Source: Treponemataceae bacterium (GTDB lineage Bacteria; Spirochaetota; Spirochaetia; Treponematales; Rectinemataceae). From it: a stretch of DNA of 64,000 nt. The translations under genes were made by a program, and so were the position numbers. How positions within the stretch are numbered: the first letter of the stretch is position 1; the number at the start of each line of letters is the position of its first letter. The stretch lies in the NCBI GenBank assembly GCA_963678065.2, contig CAXXVZ010000004.1, forward strand, positions 512,001 to 576,000, given 5' to 3'. Below, piece by piece: positions 19,005 through 26,925 of this stretch. The notes under the pieces are model-generated. The model did no database searches, was not told the DNA's origin, and was given only the letters and a program-made list of their open reading frames with translations.

Positions 19005-20522
19005 ATGAATTTTGAAACAAGGCTCGTCCTCGCCGTGGACATCGGAACTTCGTCGGTGCGGGCGCTGGCCTTCGACGCGGAAGGGGCGATCCACGCACGA
19101 CGGCAGATACAATACCCGGCCATCCGTCCAAGGCCCTATTGCGAGGAACAGAATCCTGTGCTCGTGCGGAACGAAGTCTGCCGGGCTATCGCGGAGCTGC
19201 TCGCGTCGGGAGAAATCGATCCCGCCTCCGTCGGAGCCATCGCTTTCTCTTCGCAGATGTACGGCATATTCGCCCTGGACGGCGAAGACAGGCCCCTGAC
19301 GAACAACATCCTGTGGTCGGACGGCCGCGCGGAGGCCCAGGCCGAGGCCATGAAGGCGGAACAAGGAGAGCTCTGGCTCTATCCCGCGACAGGCTGTCCC
19401 ATGAACTCGATATACCCCCTGGCAAAGATCGCATGGCTCCGGGAAATGGAGCCGGCAACCTTCGCAGCTTCCCGCAGGTTCGTTTCGATAAAGGAATATG
19501 TCGCCTGGCCTTTCGTCGGGGAGTGGGTCATCGATTACTCCATGGCTTCGGCCACAGGCATGCTCGATATCCGCTCCCACGCCTGGCATCCTGAGGCCCT
19601 CGCGGCCGCGGGTCTTTCGCCGGGGCAGCTCTCGCGCCCGGTCTCCGGGTTGGAGCGCTTCGCCCTGCGCGCCGATTCTCCTCTCTCGGGCCTCGGATTG
19701 CCGGAGCATGTCGCGATATTCATGGGCGGCGGCGACGGTCCGCTCGCGAACCTCGGCTCAGGCGCCTCAGGAATAGGTGCGATCAATATCGACTTGGGGA
19801 CATCGGGAGCCGCCCGCTGCATAGCCGACGCGGCGACCGTGGACGAGAGCGCGAGCCTCTGGTGCTTCTGTCTCACAAAGGAACTCTGGGCCTACGGCGG
19901 CATCGTCACCAATGTCGGCAACGCCTACCAGTGGCTCGGCTCCAACGTGGCCGGCGCCGCCGGTCTCTCCTCCGACGAAGCTTACGCCCTCCTCAATCGC
20001 CTCGCCGCCGAGACCGCGCCCGGAGCCGGAGGGCTTTTCTTCCTTCCTTACCTGCGCAAGGCGCGTTCACCCTACTGGGATGGAAAGCTCAAAGGCACGA
20101 TGTACGGGCTCACCGCCGACCACGGTCTCGGCCACATGGCGCGTGCCCTTCTCGAGGCGATAGCCTACGACCTCAGGACTATCATCGCCCTCATGGACAG
20201 GCGAATCGCGACGCTGCCACACATCGTCCTGACAGGCGGGCTGTCGCGCTCGCCCGTGATTCCCCAGCTCCTTTCGGATGTGCTCGGAAGGGAAATACGG
20301 ACGCCCCGGGATGGCGAGGGATCGGTCGCGGGTGCGGCCATCCTCGCCCTGCGAGGCATCGGGGCCATCGACGGCCTCGCCTTCAGGGAGAGCGCCCGGC
20401 CTTACACCACCTTCATGCCCGATCCGGATAATGCGGCGGTCTACGAGGCCTCCTACCGATCCTACACGCGCCTCGTCGAGGCACTGCGCCGGATCGATCT
20501 TCCCGAAGGAGAAGTGCGATGA
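19005..20522 (+). CDS. gntK: FGGY-family carbohydrate kinase, gluconokinase-like
   Basis: DIGTSSVR, SSQM, WSDGRA, TGCP, SIKEY, DYSMASATG, DGPLANLG, GTSGAAR (Bacillus GntK-like). Confidence 0.8.
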   Translation: MNFETRLVLAVDIGTSSVRALAFDAEGAIHARRQIQYPAIRPRPYCEEQNPVLVRNEVCRAIAELLASGEIDPASVGAIAFSSQMYGIFALDGEDRPLTNNILWSDGRAEAQAEAMKAEQGELWLYPATGCPMNSIYPLAKIAWLREMEPATFAASRRFVSIKEYVAWPFVGEWVIDYSMASATGMLDIRSHAWHPEALAAAGLSPGQLSRPVSGLERFALRADSPLSGLGLPEHVAIFMGGGDGPLANLGSGASGIGAINIDLGTSGAARCIADAATVDESASLWCFCLTKELWAYGGIVTNVGNAYQWLGSNVAGAAGLSSDEAYALLNRLAAETAPGAGGLFFLPYLRKARSPYWDGKLKGTMYGLTADHGLGHMARALLEAIAYDLRTIIALMDRRIATLPHIVLTGGLSRSPVIPQLLSDVLGREIRTPRDGEGSVAGAAILALRGIGAIDGLAFRESARPYTTFMPDPDNAAVYEASYRSYTRLVEALRRIDLPEGEVR

Positions 20523-21493
20523 GGGTCCTCGTCACATCCAAATCCTTCGGCAGCTGCGCCCCCGAGGCCGTCCGCCACCTGTGCGACAACGGAATCGAGG
20601 TCGTCAGAGGATCGAAGCCCTCGATGACGGCGGCAGAAATAGCCGCAGAACTGCCGGGCTTCGACGCCCTCATCGTCGGAAACGATCCGGTCGACGCTCA
20701 GGTGCTCGACGCGGGCGACAGGCTCAGACTCGTCCACATGCACGGGACGGGCCTCGACGCCATCGACGTCGGATACGCCACGAAGAAAGGCATCCTCGTC
20801 GCCAACGCGCCAGGGGCGAACCGCAACGCCGTCGCGGAACTCACTGTCGCCCTCCTCCTCATCTCCGCGCGGGCGATAGACCGCCACATCGCCATCCTCG
20901 GCGAAGGGAGGTGGGAGCGGCGCGCCGGAACCGAGGTCTCCGGGAAGACGATCGGCATGCTCGGCCTCGGGAATATCGGCAGACGCATCGTCGAACTCCT
21001 TTCCGGCTTCGGCGTGCGCGTAGTCGCCTTCGACCCCGCTCCGGACAGGGACTGGGCGGAAGATCACGGCGTCTGCCTCGCCCCGGAAGTCGACAGCGTG
21101 TTTGCGCAGGCCGACTTCCTCGTCCTCGCCCTTCCTCTCACACAGGCGACACAGCGCATCGTCGACGCGCGCAGGATAGGCCTCATGAAAACGGGCGCCT
21201 ACATCGTGAACACAGCCAGGGGAGGATTGGTCGACGAGGAAGCCCTGTGCGAGGCTGTTCTCGGGAAGCGGATCGCGGGGGCTGCGATCGACGCGTTCTC
21301 CGAAGAACCTCTTCCTCAGGACTCTCCCCTCAGAGGCGCGGGTATCACGCTCACGCCGCACCTCGCGGCCACCTCGCTCGAAGCCGCCGCCAATGTCTCC
21401 ACCATCGTCGCGCGCAATGTCGTCGACGTTCTCGTCCACGGAAAAACGGATTGCGCGGTCAACCCTCGCGCCGTATCGGCGAAGATGAATTGA
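20519..21493 (+). CDS. D-isomer-specific 2-hydroxyacid dehydrogenase
   Basis: GTGLDAID, N..AVAE, GLGNIG, NTARGGLVDE, D.FSEEP, TPHLA. No ACT domain. Confidence 0.9.
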   Translation: MRVLVTSKSFGSCAPEAVRHLCDNGIEVVRGSKPSMTAAEIAAELPGFDALIVGNDPVDAQVLDAGDRLRLVHMHGTGLDAIDVGYATKKGILVANAPGANRNAVAELTVALLLISARAIDRHIAILGEGRWERRAGTEVSGKTIGMLGLGNIGRRIVELLSGFGVRVVAFDPAPDRDWAEDHGVCLAPEVDSVFAQADFLVLALPLTQATQRIVDARRIGLMKTGAYIVNTARGGLVDEEALCEAVLGKRIAGAAIDAFSEEPLPQDSPLRGAGITLTPHLAATSLEAAANVSTIVARNVVDVLVHGKTDCAVNPRAVSAKMN

Positions 21494-21543
21494 CGTCATC
21501 AGATTTATGTAGTAAAATTACATAAATCAATATCACTACTACA
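21490..21543 (+). promoter_or_regulatory. Internal promoter with HexR/RpiR-type operator before the DapA-like gene
   Basis: TTGACG 21490-21495, 17 bp, TAAAAT 21513-21518. Palindrome GATTTATGTAGTAAAATTACATAAATC at 21502-21528, plus a half-site ending CTACA at 21543. Confidence 0.8.
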
Positions 21544-21554
21544 AGGATGATCAC

Positions 21555-22502
21555 ATGGCAATGCAAGGTTCCCTCGTCCCCAATATCACTATGTTCGACC
21601 GTGACGGAAAAATCGACGAATCGCGGACGGCCTGGCACATGGACTGGATGTTCGCCCACGGCGTCGATGGGCTCTTTCTCACCGGTTCCTATGGAGCCGG
21701 CCCCCTCATGTCCACGGAAGAGCGGATCTCGATCTACCGCCTCGCGAAAAAGGTCGCCGACCGCTACCAGGGAAAAATCCTCCTGCCCCATGTCGGCTGC
21801 ATCGACACGGACAACGCCGTCGCGCTCGCCAGGGCCGCGGAGGAGATCGGCGCGGACGCGGTGGGAGCGGTGCCTCCCTTCTATTACAAGCACACCGACG
21901 AGGCGGTGATCGAGTACTACCGCGCCATCATCCAGGCCGTGAAGATTCCCGTCTACGCCTACAACAATCCGGAGACCTCGCGCTACACCTTCAACCTGAA
22001 GACTGTCCAGAAGCTGCAGGAAATCGGACTCGCAGGCATGAAAGACAGTCCTCTCTCCCTCGGCTTCATCACGCAGGTCGCCTACATGGCCCAGGAAGCG
22101 GCGGCGCGAGGCGGAAAAGAGTTCCAGCTCATCACCGGAACCTCCACAGGCTGGCTCCCTCTCTACTACATGGGGGTCAGGGCGACGATAGCCGGCATGA
22201 ACAACTGGGCTCCGGAGATCATGACCGAACTCGTCCGCGCCACCTTCGCGGGCGAGACCGACCGGGCCAGAAAGGCCTACCTCGTCATGATGGACCTTTC
22301 GGCCAAGCTCCACTTCGGCGATTCGACCATCGCCTCTCACATGGCCCTCTACGCGCGGGGCATCGACGCAGGATTCCCGCGCAAACCCATGATTCTCCCG
22401 CGCTTCGGCGACACGAAGTACGCGGAAATCCGAGGCTGGCTCGAAAAGGGATTCGGCGAACTCGGACTTCCCTTCGAGGCAGGAAACTTCAGGCCCGAAT
22501 GA
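21555..22502 (+). CDS. DapA/NanA-family class I aldolase/lyase
   Basis: VPPFYY, YAYNNP (catalytic Tyr), GMKDS (Schiff-base Lys). GTTGE loop replaced by GSYGA. Confidence 0.88.
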   Translation: MAMQGSLVPNITMFDRDGKIDESRTAWHMDWMFAHGVDGLFLTGSYGAGPLMSTEERISIYRLAKKVADRYQGKILLPHVGCIDTDNAVALARAAEEIGADAVGAVPPFYYKHTDEAVIEYYRAIIQAVKIPVYAYNNPETSRYTFNLKTVQKLQEIGLAGMKDSPLSLGFITQVAYMAQEAAARGGKEFQLITGTSTGWLPLYYMGVRATIAGMNNWAPEIMTELVRATFAGETDRARKAYLVMMDLSAKLHFGDSTIASHMALYARGIDAGFPRKPMILPRFGDTKYAEIRGWLEKGFGELGLPFEAGNFRPE

Positions 22503-22644
22503 GCGGGGCAGCCTGCCCGTGCCCAGGCGGGTGCCATGGGATTCCGGGTCGACGGCCGGAGGAACTTCGCCAGCTTCCAACCGGCCGCCGGCCGGGGGCC
22601 GGCGTGATTGCGGCCGGCGCAGCGCGCAGGGTATACTTTACAGG

Positions 22645-23487
22645 ATGATCGAAAAAATGAGGTTCATTACCGACAACTACGGCAGTCTCCGCAAGTCCGA
22701 GACAAAGGTCGCCGATTTCATTCTCGAACACCCCCAGGATGTGATCCACTTCTCCGTCAGCGAACTCGCGGACCAGGCTTCGGTGAGCGAGCCAACGGTC
22801 ATCCGATTCTGCCGGGGGCTGGGTTTCAAGGGTTTCCAGGACTTCAAGATCCACCTTGCCCAGAGCATCATCCCCGAGGTGCGCAGCATCCACGAGTCGG
22901 TCAACCGGGGCGAGGACGTGCCCGAGCTCGTCCGCAAGGTCTTCGACGCCAATGTCGACGCGGTGCACAGCACCCTCGGGACCCTCGATTTCGCCGAAGT
23001 CCAGACAACGATAGATACCCTGTCAAAGGCAGGCAAGATCATCTTTTACGGACTCGGCGGATCGGCCGTGGTCGCCATGGACGCCTACCACAAGTTTTTC
23101 CGTATCGGCATCCCCTGCGGCTGGTTCAACGACAGCCACATGGCCCTCATGGCCGCCTCGATGATGAAGCCCGGAGAGGTTTTCGTCGCCATCTCTCACT
23201 CTGGTTCCAGCGTGGACGTGGTGGAGGCCATCGAGGCCGCGGTCAATTCCGGAGCCTCCACGGTCGCCATCGTCAGCCACCACAAGTCCCCCGTATCCAA
23301 GATCGCGCAGAGGACACTCTGCGTCGCGTCCACGGAAACCGGCTACCGCTTCGAGCCCATGGCCTCGCGCATCGCCCAGCTCTGCGTCATCGACGTGCTG
23401 TCGGTCGGCGTCTCAATGCTGCGCAGCGATGAGGTCGTAGCCAACCTCACCAAATCGAGGAAGGCGCTGGCCCGCAAGCGGTACTGA
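22645..23487 (+). CDS. RpiR/HexR family transcriptional regulator (HTH + SIS)
   Basis: SETKVADFIL, VSEPTVIRFC..LGFKGFQDFK, GLGGS, ISHSG. Start trimmed to ATG 22645. Confidence 0.93.
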   Translation: MIEKMRFITDNYGSLRKSETKVADFILEHPQDVIHFSVSELADQASVSEPTVIRFCRGLGFKGFQDFKIHLAQSIIPEVRSIHESVNRGEDVPELVRKVFDANVDAVHSTLGTLDFAEVQTTIDTLSKAGKIIFYGLGGSAVVAMDAYHKFFRIGIPCGWFNDSHMALMAASMMKPGEVFVAISHSGSSVDVVEAIEAAVNSGASTVAIVSHHKSPVSKIAQRTLCVASTETGYRFEPMASRIAQLCVIDVLSVGVSMLRSDEVVANLTKSRKALARKRY

Positions 23488-23557
23488 GGGCGACCGCGCC
23501 GGGCGAGGCCATACAGATTCAGCCGCCGGCGTTGAGAATTGAGAAGCTCCGCCCGCC

Positions 23558-24442
23558 TCAATACCGCCTCGACGACAAGGCCGCGCGCGACTTCCCCAGA
23601 TTGGCCACGACGATGGATTCGCGTCGCAGCGCCACGGCCACGCTCAGCATGTCGAGAACCGCGAGCTGGCAGATCCTGGCAGCCATCGGCTCCGGACGGA
23701 ACGCAAGCTCGCGGGCGGTTACGAGGAGCGATACGTCGCAGGCCGACGTGATGGGCGAGCCGGGACTGCTGGTGATGCAGATCGTCGTGGCCCCGGATTT
23801 TCCCGCCGTGGTCATCGCGTCGATTATGTCTTTGGTGCTGCCGGAGTGCGAGATCCCGACGGCCACATCGCCCGGGCCGAGAAGCGCCGCCGACATGAGC
23901 TGCATGTGATTGTCGCTGTAGGCGATGCAGGGTATGCCGAGCCTGAAGAACTTGTGATGAGCATCGGCCGCCACCGCTCCGGATCCTCCGAGACCGTAGA
24001 ACTCTATCCTCGACGCTCCGGACAGGATTTCGGCCGCCTTCGCGACGGATTCAGAATCCATATTCGACAAAGTATCCTGCAGCGCCTGGATATCCGCAAG
24101 AAACACCTTCCGCGCGAGATTGCCTATCAGATCGCCTTCTTCGGCTTCCTCATGGATCGACTTCACCGGCTCTATGAGGGATCTGGATAGTTCCACCTTG
24201 AGCTGCTGGTATCCGATATAGCCCAAAGCCTTGCACAGCCGTATCACGGAAGCGACGGAAACCCCCGAGCCCTGCCCTATCTGATTGATGTTCAGAGCCA
24301 GAATCCTCCTCGGGTCTTCAAGGATGAAGTCGGCCACCTTCCTCTCGGAATCGCGCAGTCTGCCGTATTCGGAACGGATGTGTACGAGTGTGTCGACAGG
24401 ATCTGTCCCCGGCGAGCCAGTACTCCGTGCTTTTATCGCCAT
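23558..24442 (-). CDS. Second RpiR/HexR family transcriptional regulator
   Basis: SERKVADFIL, VSVASVIRLC..LGY.GYQQLK, GLGGS, ISHSG. Own promoter TTGACA-17-GATACT at 24529-24501. Confidence 0.93.
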   Translation of the reverse strand: MAIKARSTGSPGTDPVDTLVHIRSEYGRLRDSERKVADFILEDPRRILALNINQIGQGSGVSVASVIRLCKALGYIGYQQLKVELSRSLIEPVKSIHEEAEEGDLIGNLARKVFLADIQALQDTLSNMDSESVAKAAEILSGASRIEFYGLGGSGAVAADAHHKFFRLGIPCIAYSDNHMQLMSAALLGPGDVAVGISHSGSTKDIIDAMTTAGKSGATTICITSSPGSPITSACDVSLLVTARELAFRPEPMAARICQLAVLDMLSVAVALRRESIVVANLGKSRAALSSRRY

Positions 24443-24544
24443 GTGCTCTCCCGCGGATATGAATGAAGCGGGGGAAGCGCAGGCATCCCCGCCTCATTCA
24501 AGTATCCAGGCCGCAGAAAACCCTGTCAACCGGGAGAAGAGTCT

Positions 24545-25768
24545 TCAGGGTGCGCTCAGGTAGGAAGAGATCTCTTCGCCGACGCGCGCTCTCCAGATCA
24601 CCAGGTTCCCCTTGTCCTTCCAGTTGAGCTCTCCGCCGAAGAGCTCGTGGAGCCTGTTGTTGTTGAAATAGATGTTGCCCTTGCCGTCGAACTGGAGGCC
24701 GTCGACCCAAACCATCTTCGGGTCGGAAATGTACGGAACCATTTTCCCGGACCACGGTTCGAAGTAGCCGATTCCCATGCCCTCGAGCATGGTGAACCAG
24801 ATGCGTCCCTGGTTGTCCGCGGACATCCCGTCGGTATTCGTTCCCTTGGAGCCGAAATCCCGCACATGTTCCCTGATTTCCCGCTCTCCCTTGCTCCAGT
24901 CGCGAAGGTATGCCGTCGATATGCCATAAAGGTTTCTGGAAGTCAGCGGGCACCAGTACAGCATCTCGCGGTCCGCGGACAGCGCGATGCCGTCAGCCCC
25001 CGTGCGCATAGGACTCGCGGCGTTCACTTTTTTCCCATTGATGGAGAACCAGTATCCCGCGAGATCCTGGGTGGACAGATGCTGGTGCAGGACTCTGCGC
25101 AGCAGTTTGCGGTTCATGTCATAGACGACTATCCCGCCCTGGAGGGGATCGGAGAAAATGCCCGAGTCGGCTATGTAGGCGAATCCGTTCTTGGTATCGA
25201 GAACGATGTCGTTCAGGAAGGAAGCCTGGTAGGAGGCGATCGAGTCGGGAATCTTTACCACATCGACAAGCTTGTCGGCTCTGAGATCCCAGATGACGAT
25301 TTTCTGCGATCCATCGAGGGAGGGAGCCCCGTCGACATGGCCCTGGTCGAGGATCCACATGCGCTGCTGGTCGTCGATCTCATACCCGAGGACCGACTGG
25401 AGCGCGGCCGGATTCCCCTCCTTGTTCATCTCCCAGCTGGGGAAGGGTTCGAGAAGCGCCTCTCCGCCCTTGAACACAACGCGATTCAGGGTGGCGGGAA
25501 TGCCGGGAGCCCAGCGCGGAACCGAGAGGTACAGATTCCCGGCCGCGTCCGCCTTGAACCCGGCCGGCATGGCCCCAGTCCAATATTCTGCGCCATCTCT
25601 CCCCTTGTAGAGGGCCTTCGTCGCGGCATCGGGGAAATTCCACTCGAGGTGTGCCCATGAAATGAAGGGCTCATACGTGGCAGCGGGCATCGGCGGCGCG
25701 GCCGGCGAAGCAAAAACGCCGTACAGCGCCAGAGCAGCGAGAACGAAAACCATCAGAAACTTGCGCAT
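24545..25768 (-). CDS. Secreted major royal jelly protein/yellow family beta-propeller
   Basis: Signal peptide; LSVPRW..GIPATL, PFPSWE.N, LQSV, MWILDQG, FLNDIVLD, AYIADSG, ADGIALS, WVDG. Confidence 0.85.
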   Translation of the reverse strand: MRKFLMVFVLAALALYGVFASPAAPPMPAATYEPFISWAHLEWNFPDAATKALYKGRDGAEYWTGAMPAGFKADAAGNLYLSVPRWAPGIPATLNRVVFKGGEALLEPFPSWEMNKEGNPAALQSVLGYEIDDQQRMWILDQGHVDGAPSLDGSQKIVIWDLRADKLVDVVKIPDSIASYQASFLNDIVLDTKNGFAYIADSGIFSDPLQGGIVVYDMNRKLLRRVLHQHLSTQDLAGYWFSINGKKVNAASPMRTGADGIALSADREMLYWCPLTSRNLYGISTAYLRDWSKGEREIREHVRDFGSKGTNTDGMSADNQGRIWFTMLEGMGIGYFEPWSGKMVPYISDPKMVWVDGLQFDGKGNIYFNNNRLHELFGGELNWKDKGNLVIWRARVGEEISSYLSAP

Positions 25769-25805
25769 CTTTCCTCCTGCGATCCCCTGAGGACCGTCTG
25801 GAAGA

Positions 25806-25860
25806 ATGGTAAGTCCACTTCACATATATGTCAAGATATTTTTTTACATCATATATATGT
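25806..25860 (-). promoter_or_regulatory. Sigma70 promoter of the MRJP gene with AT-rich palindromes
   Basis: Minus strand TTGACA (25834-25829), 17 bp, TACCAT (25811-25806). ACATATATGT 25822-25831 overlaps the -35; CATATATATG at 25850-25859. Confidence 0.65.
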
Positions 25861-25889
25861 TTTTGTTTTACATTTACATATCACGCGTA

Positions 25890-25944
25890 AATGAAACAGC
25901 CGACCGTCTCCGGATCTGGATCTGGATCTGGAGACGGTCGGCTG
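25890..25944 (-). terminator. Hairpin/terminator after the LUD gene with a (GGATCT)3 loop
   Basis: 15-bp perfect stem CAGCCGACCGTCTCC (25897-25911 / 25930-25944) followed on the minus strand by TTTCATTT. Confidence 0.7.
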
Positions 25945-25959
25945 ACAAAACTGCACCGT

Positions 25960-26601
25960 TCAGTATCCGAGGGCCTCGCCCACGACGATGACGGTGAAAT
26001 CGGACATCGCGGGTCTGCGCTTCAGTATCTGGTAGATGCGGCAGCTGCGCATGGGGCCATCGCAGTCCATGCACTGACCCGTCTTGGTGCAGGGATTTGG
26101 CCTGTCCAATCGCTTGTTGTTGAGGGGGCCGGCGGTCGTCTCGAGGCGGCTGAAGGCTTCGTCGAGATCGCGCACGATCTTGTTGGCGCCCGCGACAACG
26201 ACAACTTTACGGGGACCGAAACAGAGCGCTCCCACGCGGTTTCCGTTGGCGTCGACATTCAGAAGCTCGCCGTCCAGAGTGAGAGCGTTCGTCCCGGAAA
26301 CGAAGAGGTCGCAGGTGAGTTGGGCGCGCAGAATCTCCATCTTGCGCTCCTGACCGAGCCCGGGTGCGCCGTGGTCCAGGACTTCGGCCCCGGCGGCGGC
26401 CACAGCGGCCTGGGTGCCAAGGCCTTTGACGCTCATGGACCCGCCGAAGCCGACCTTCATGCCCGGCTTGACATATTCCATGAGCTTCGCGAGGGCTTCG
26501 GCGCCCGTCGCCACGTATACTGCGTCGAAACCGTTGTGCCTGAGGGCTTCGCATGCGTTCTTGCCATTCGTCTCGTGATGCCAGCTTTCAATGGGATTCA
26601 T
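25960..26601 (-). CDS. LUD-domain (lactate utilisation LutC-like) protein
   Basis: GFGGSMS, D.FVSGTNALT.DGEL.NVD.NGNRV, GANKIV, C-terminal CxxxGxCxxC...C. RBS GGAGG before ATG 26601. Confidence 0.85.
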   Translation of the reverse strand: MNPIESWHHETNGKNACEALRHNGFDAVYVATGAEALAKLMEYVKPGMKVGFGGSMSVKGLGTQAAVAAAGAEVLDHGAPGLGQERKMEILRAQLTCDLFVSGTNALTLDGELLNVDANGNRVGALCFGPRKVVVVAGANKIVRDLDEAFSRLETTAGPLNNKRLDRPNPCTKTGQCMDCDGPMRSCRIYQILKRRPAMSDFTVIVVGEALGY

Positions 26602-26746
26602 CTCGATGTCCTCCGGATTGTTCAAGATCTGCGTGAACGATACATCAGGGATCTGCGACATGTCGAGGCACAGGGTTGCAGTCATGATGCACGCCATGGC
26701 AGATTTGTATTTTTATGCAATGCCAATGCAATTCAGATTATTCTCG

Positions 26747-26801
26747 ATATTGCTTAATAAGCAATATTTTGCTTGACAAGAACAATACGCGGGTTTAATC
26801 T
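26747..26801 (+). promoter_or_regulatory. Perfect 21-bp palindrome just upstream of a sigma70 promoter
   Basis: ATATTGCTTA-A-TAAGCAATAT 26747-26767; TTGACA 26773-26778, 17 bp, TAATCT 26796-26801. Confidence 0.7.
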
Positions 26802-26925
26802 TTCCTCCTGATGAGTGCGGATGCAGGGAACATCCTTATGTTCAGTCCTGGAAGAGATCCGATTTGCGCTGGATATCCATGCGCCATGAAGGCGCATTAT
26901 TTCTGGAAGCGTAAGGAGGCATACG

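Noticed and set aside
21555..22502. Lysine-biosynthetic dapA (also 33633-34598) and serA (20519-21493)
   Set aside because: Both DapA-like proteins lack the GTTGE motif and sit in catabolic operons; the dehydrogenase lacks the ACT domain.
25912..25929. Tandem GGATCT repeats and other palindromes as a possible CRISPR array
   Set aside because: No spacers, no regularly spaced 25-40-bp repeats and no cas genes anywhere in the window.
26602..26746. attL/attR duplication of the tRNA-Met 3' end marking the island's left border
   Set aside because: No copy of the tRNA 3' end seen by eye, and no tyrosine or serine integrase in the window.
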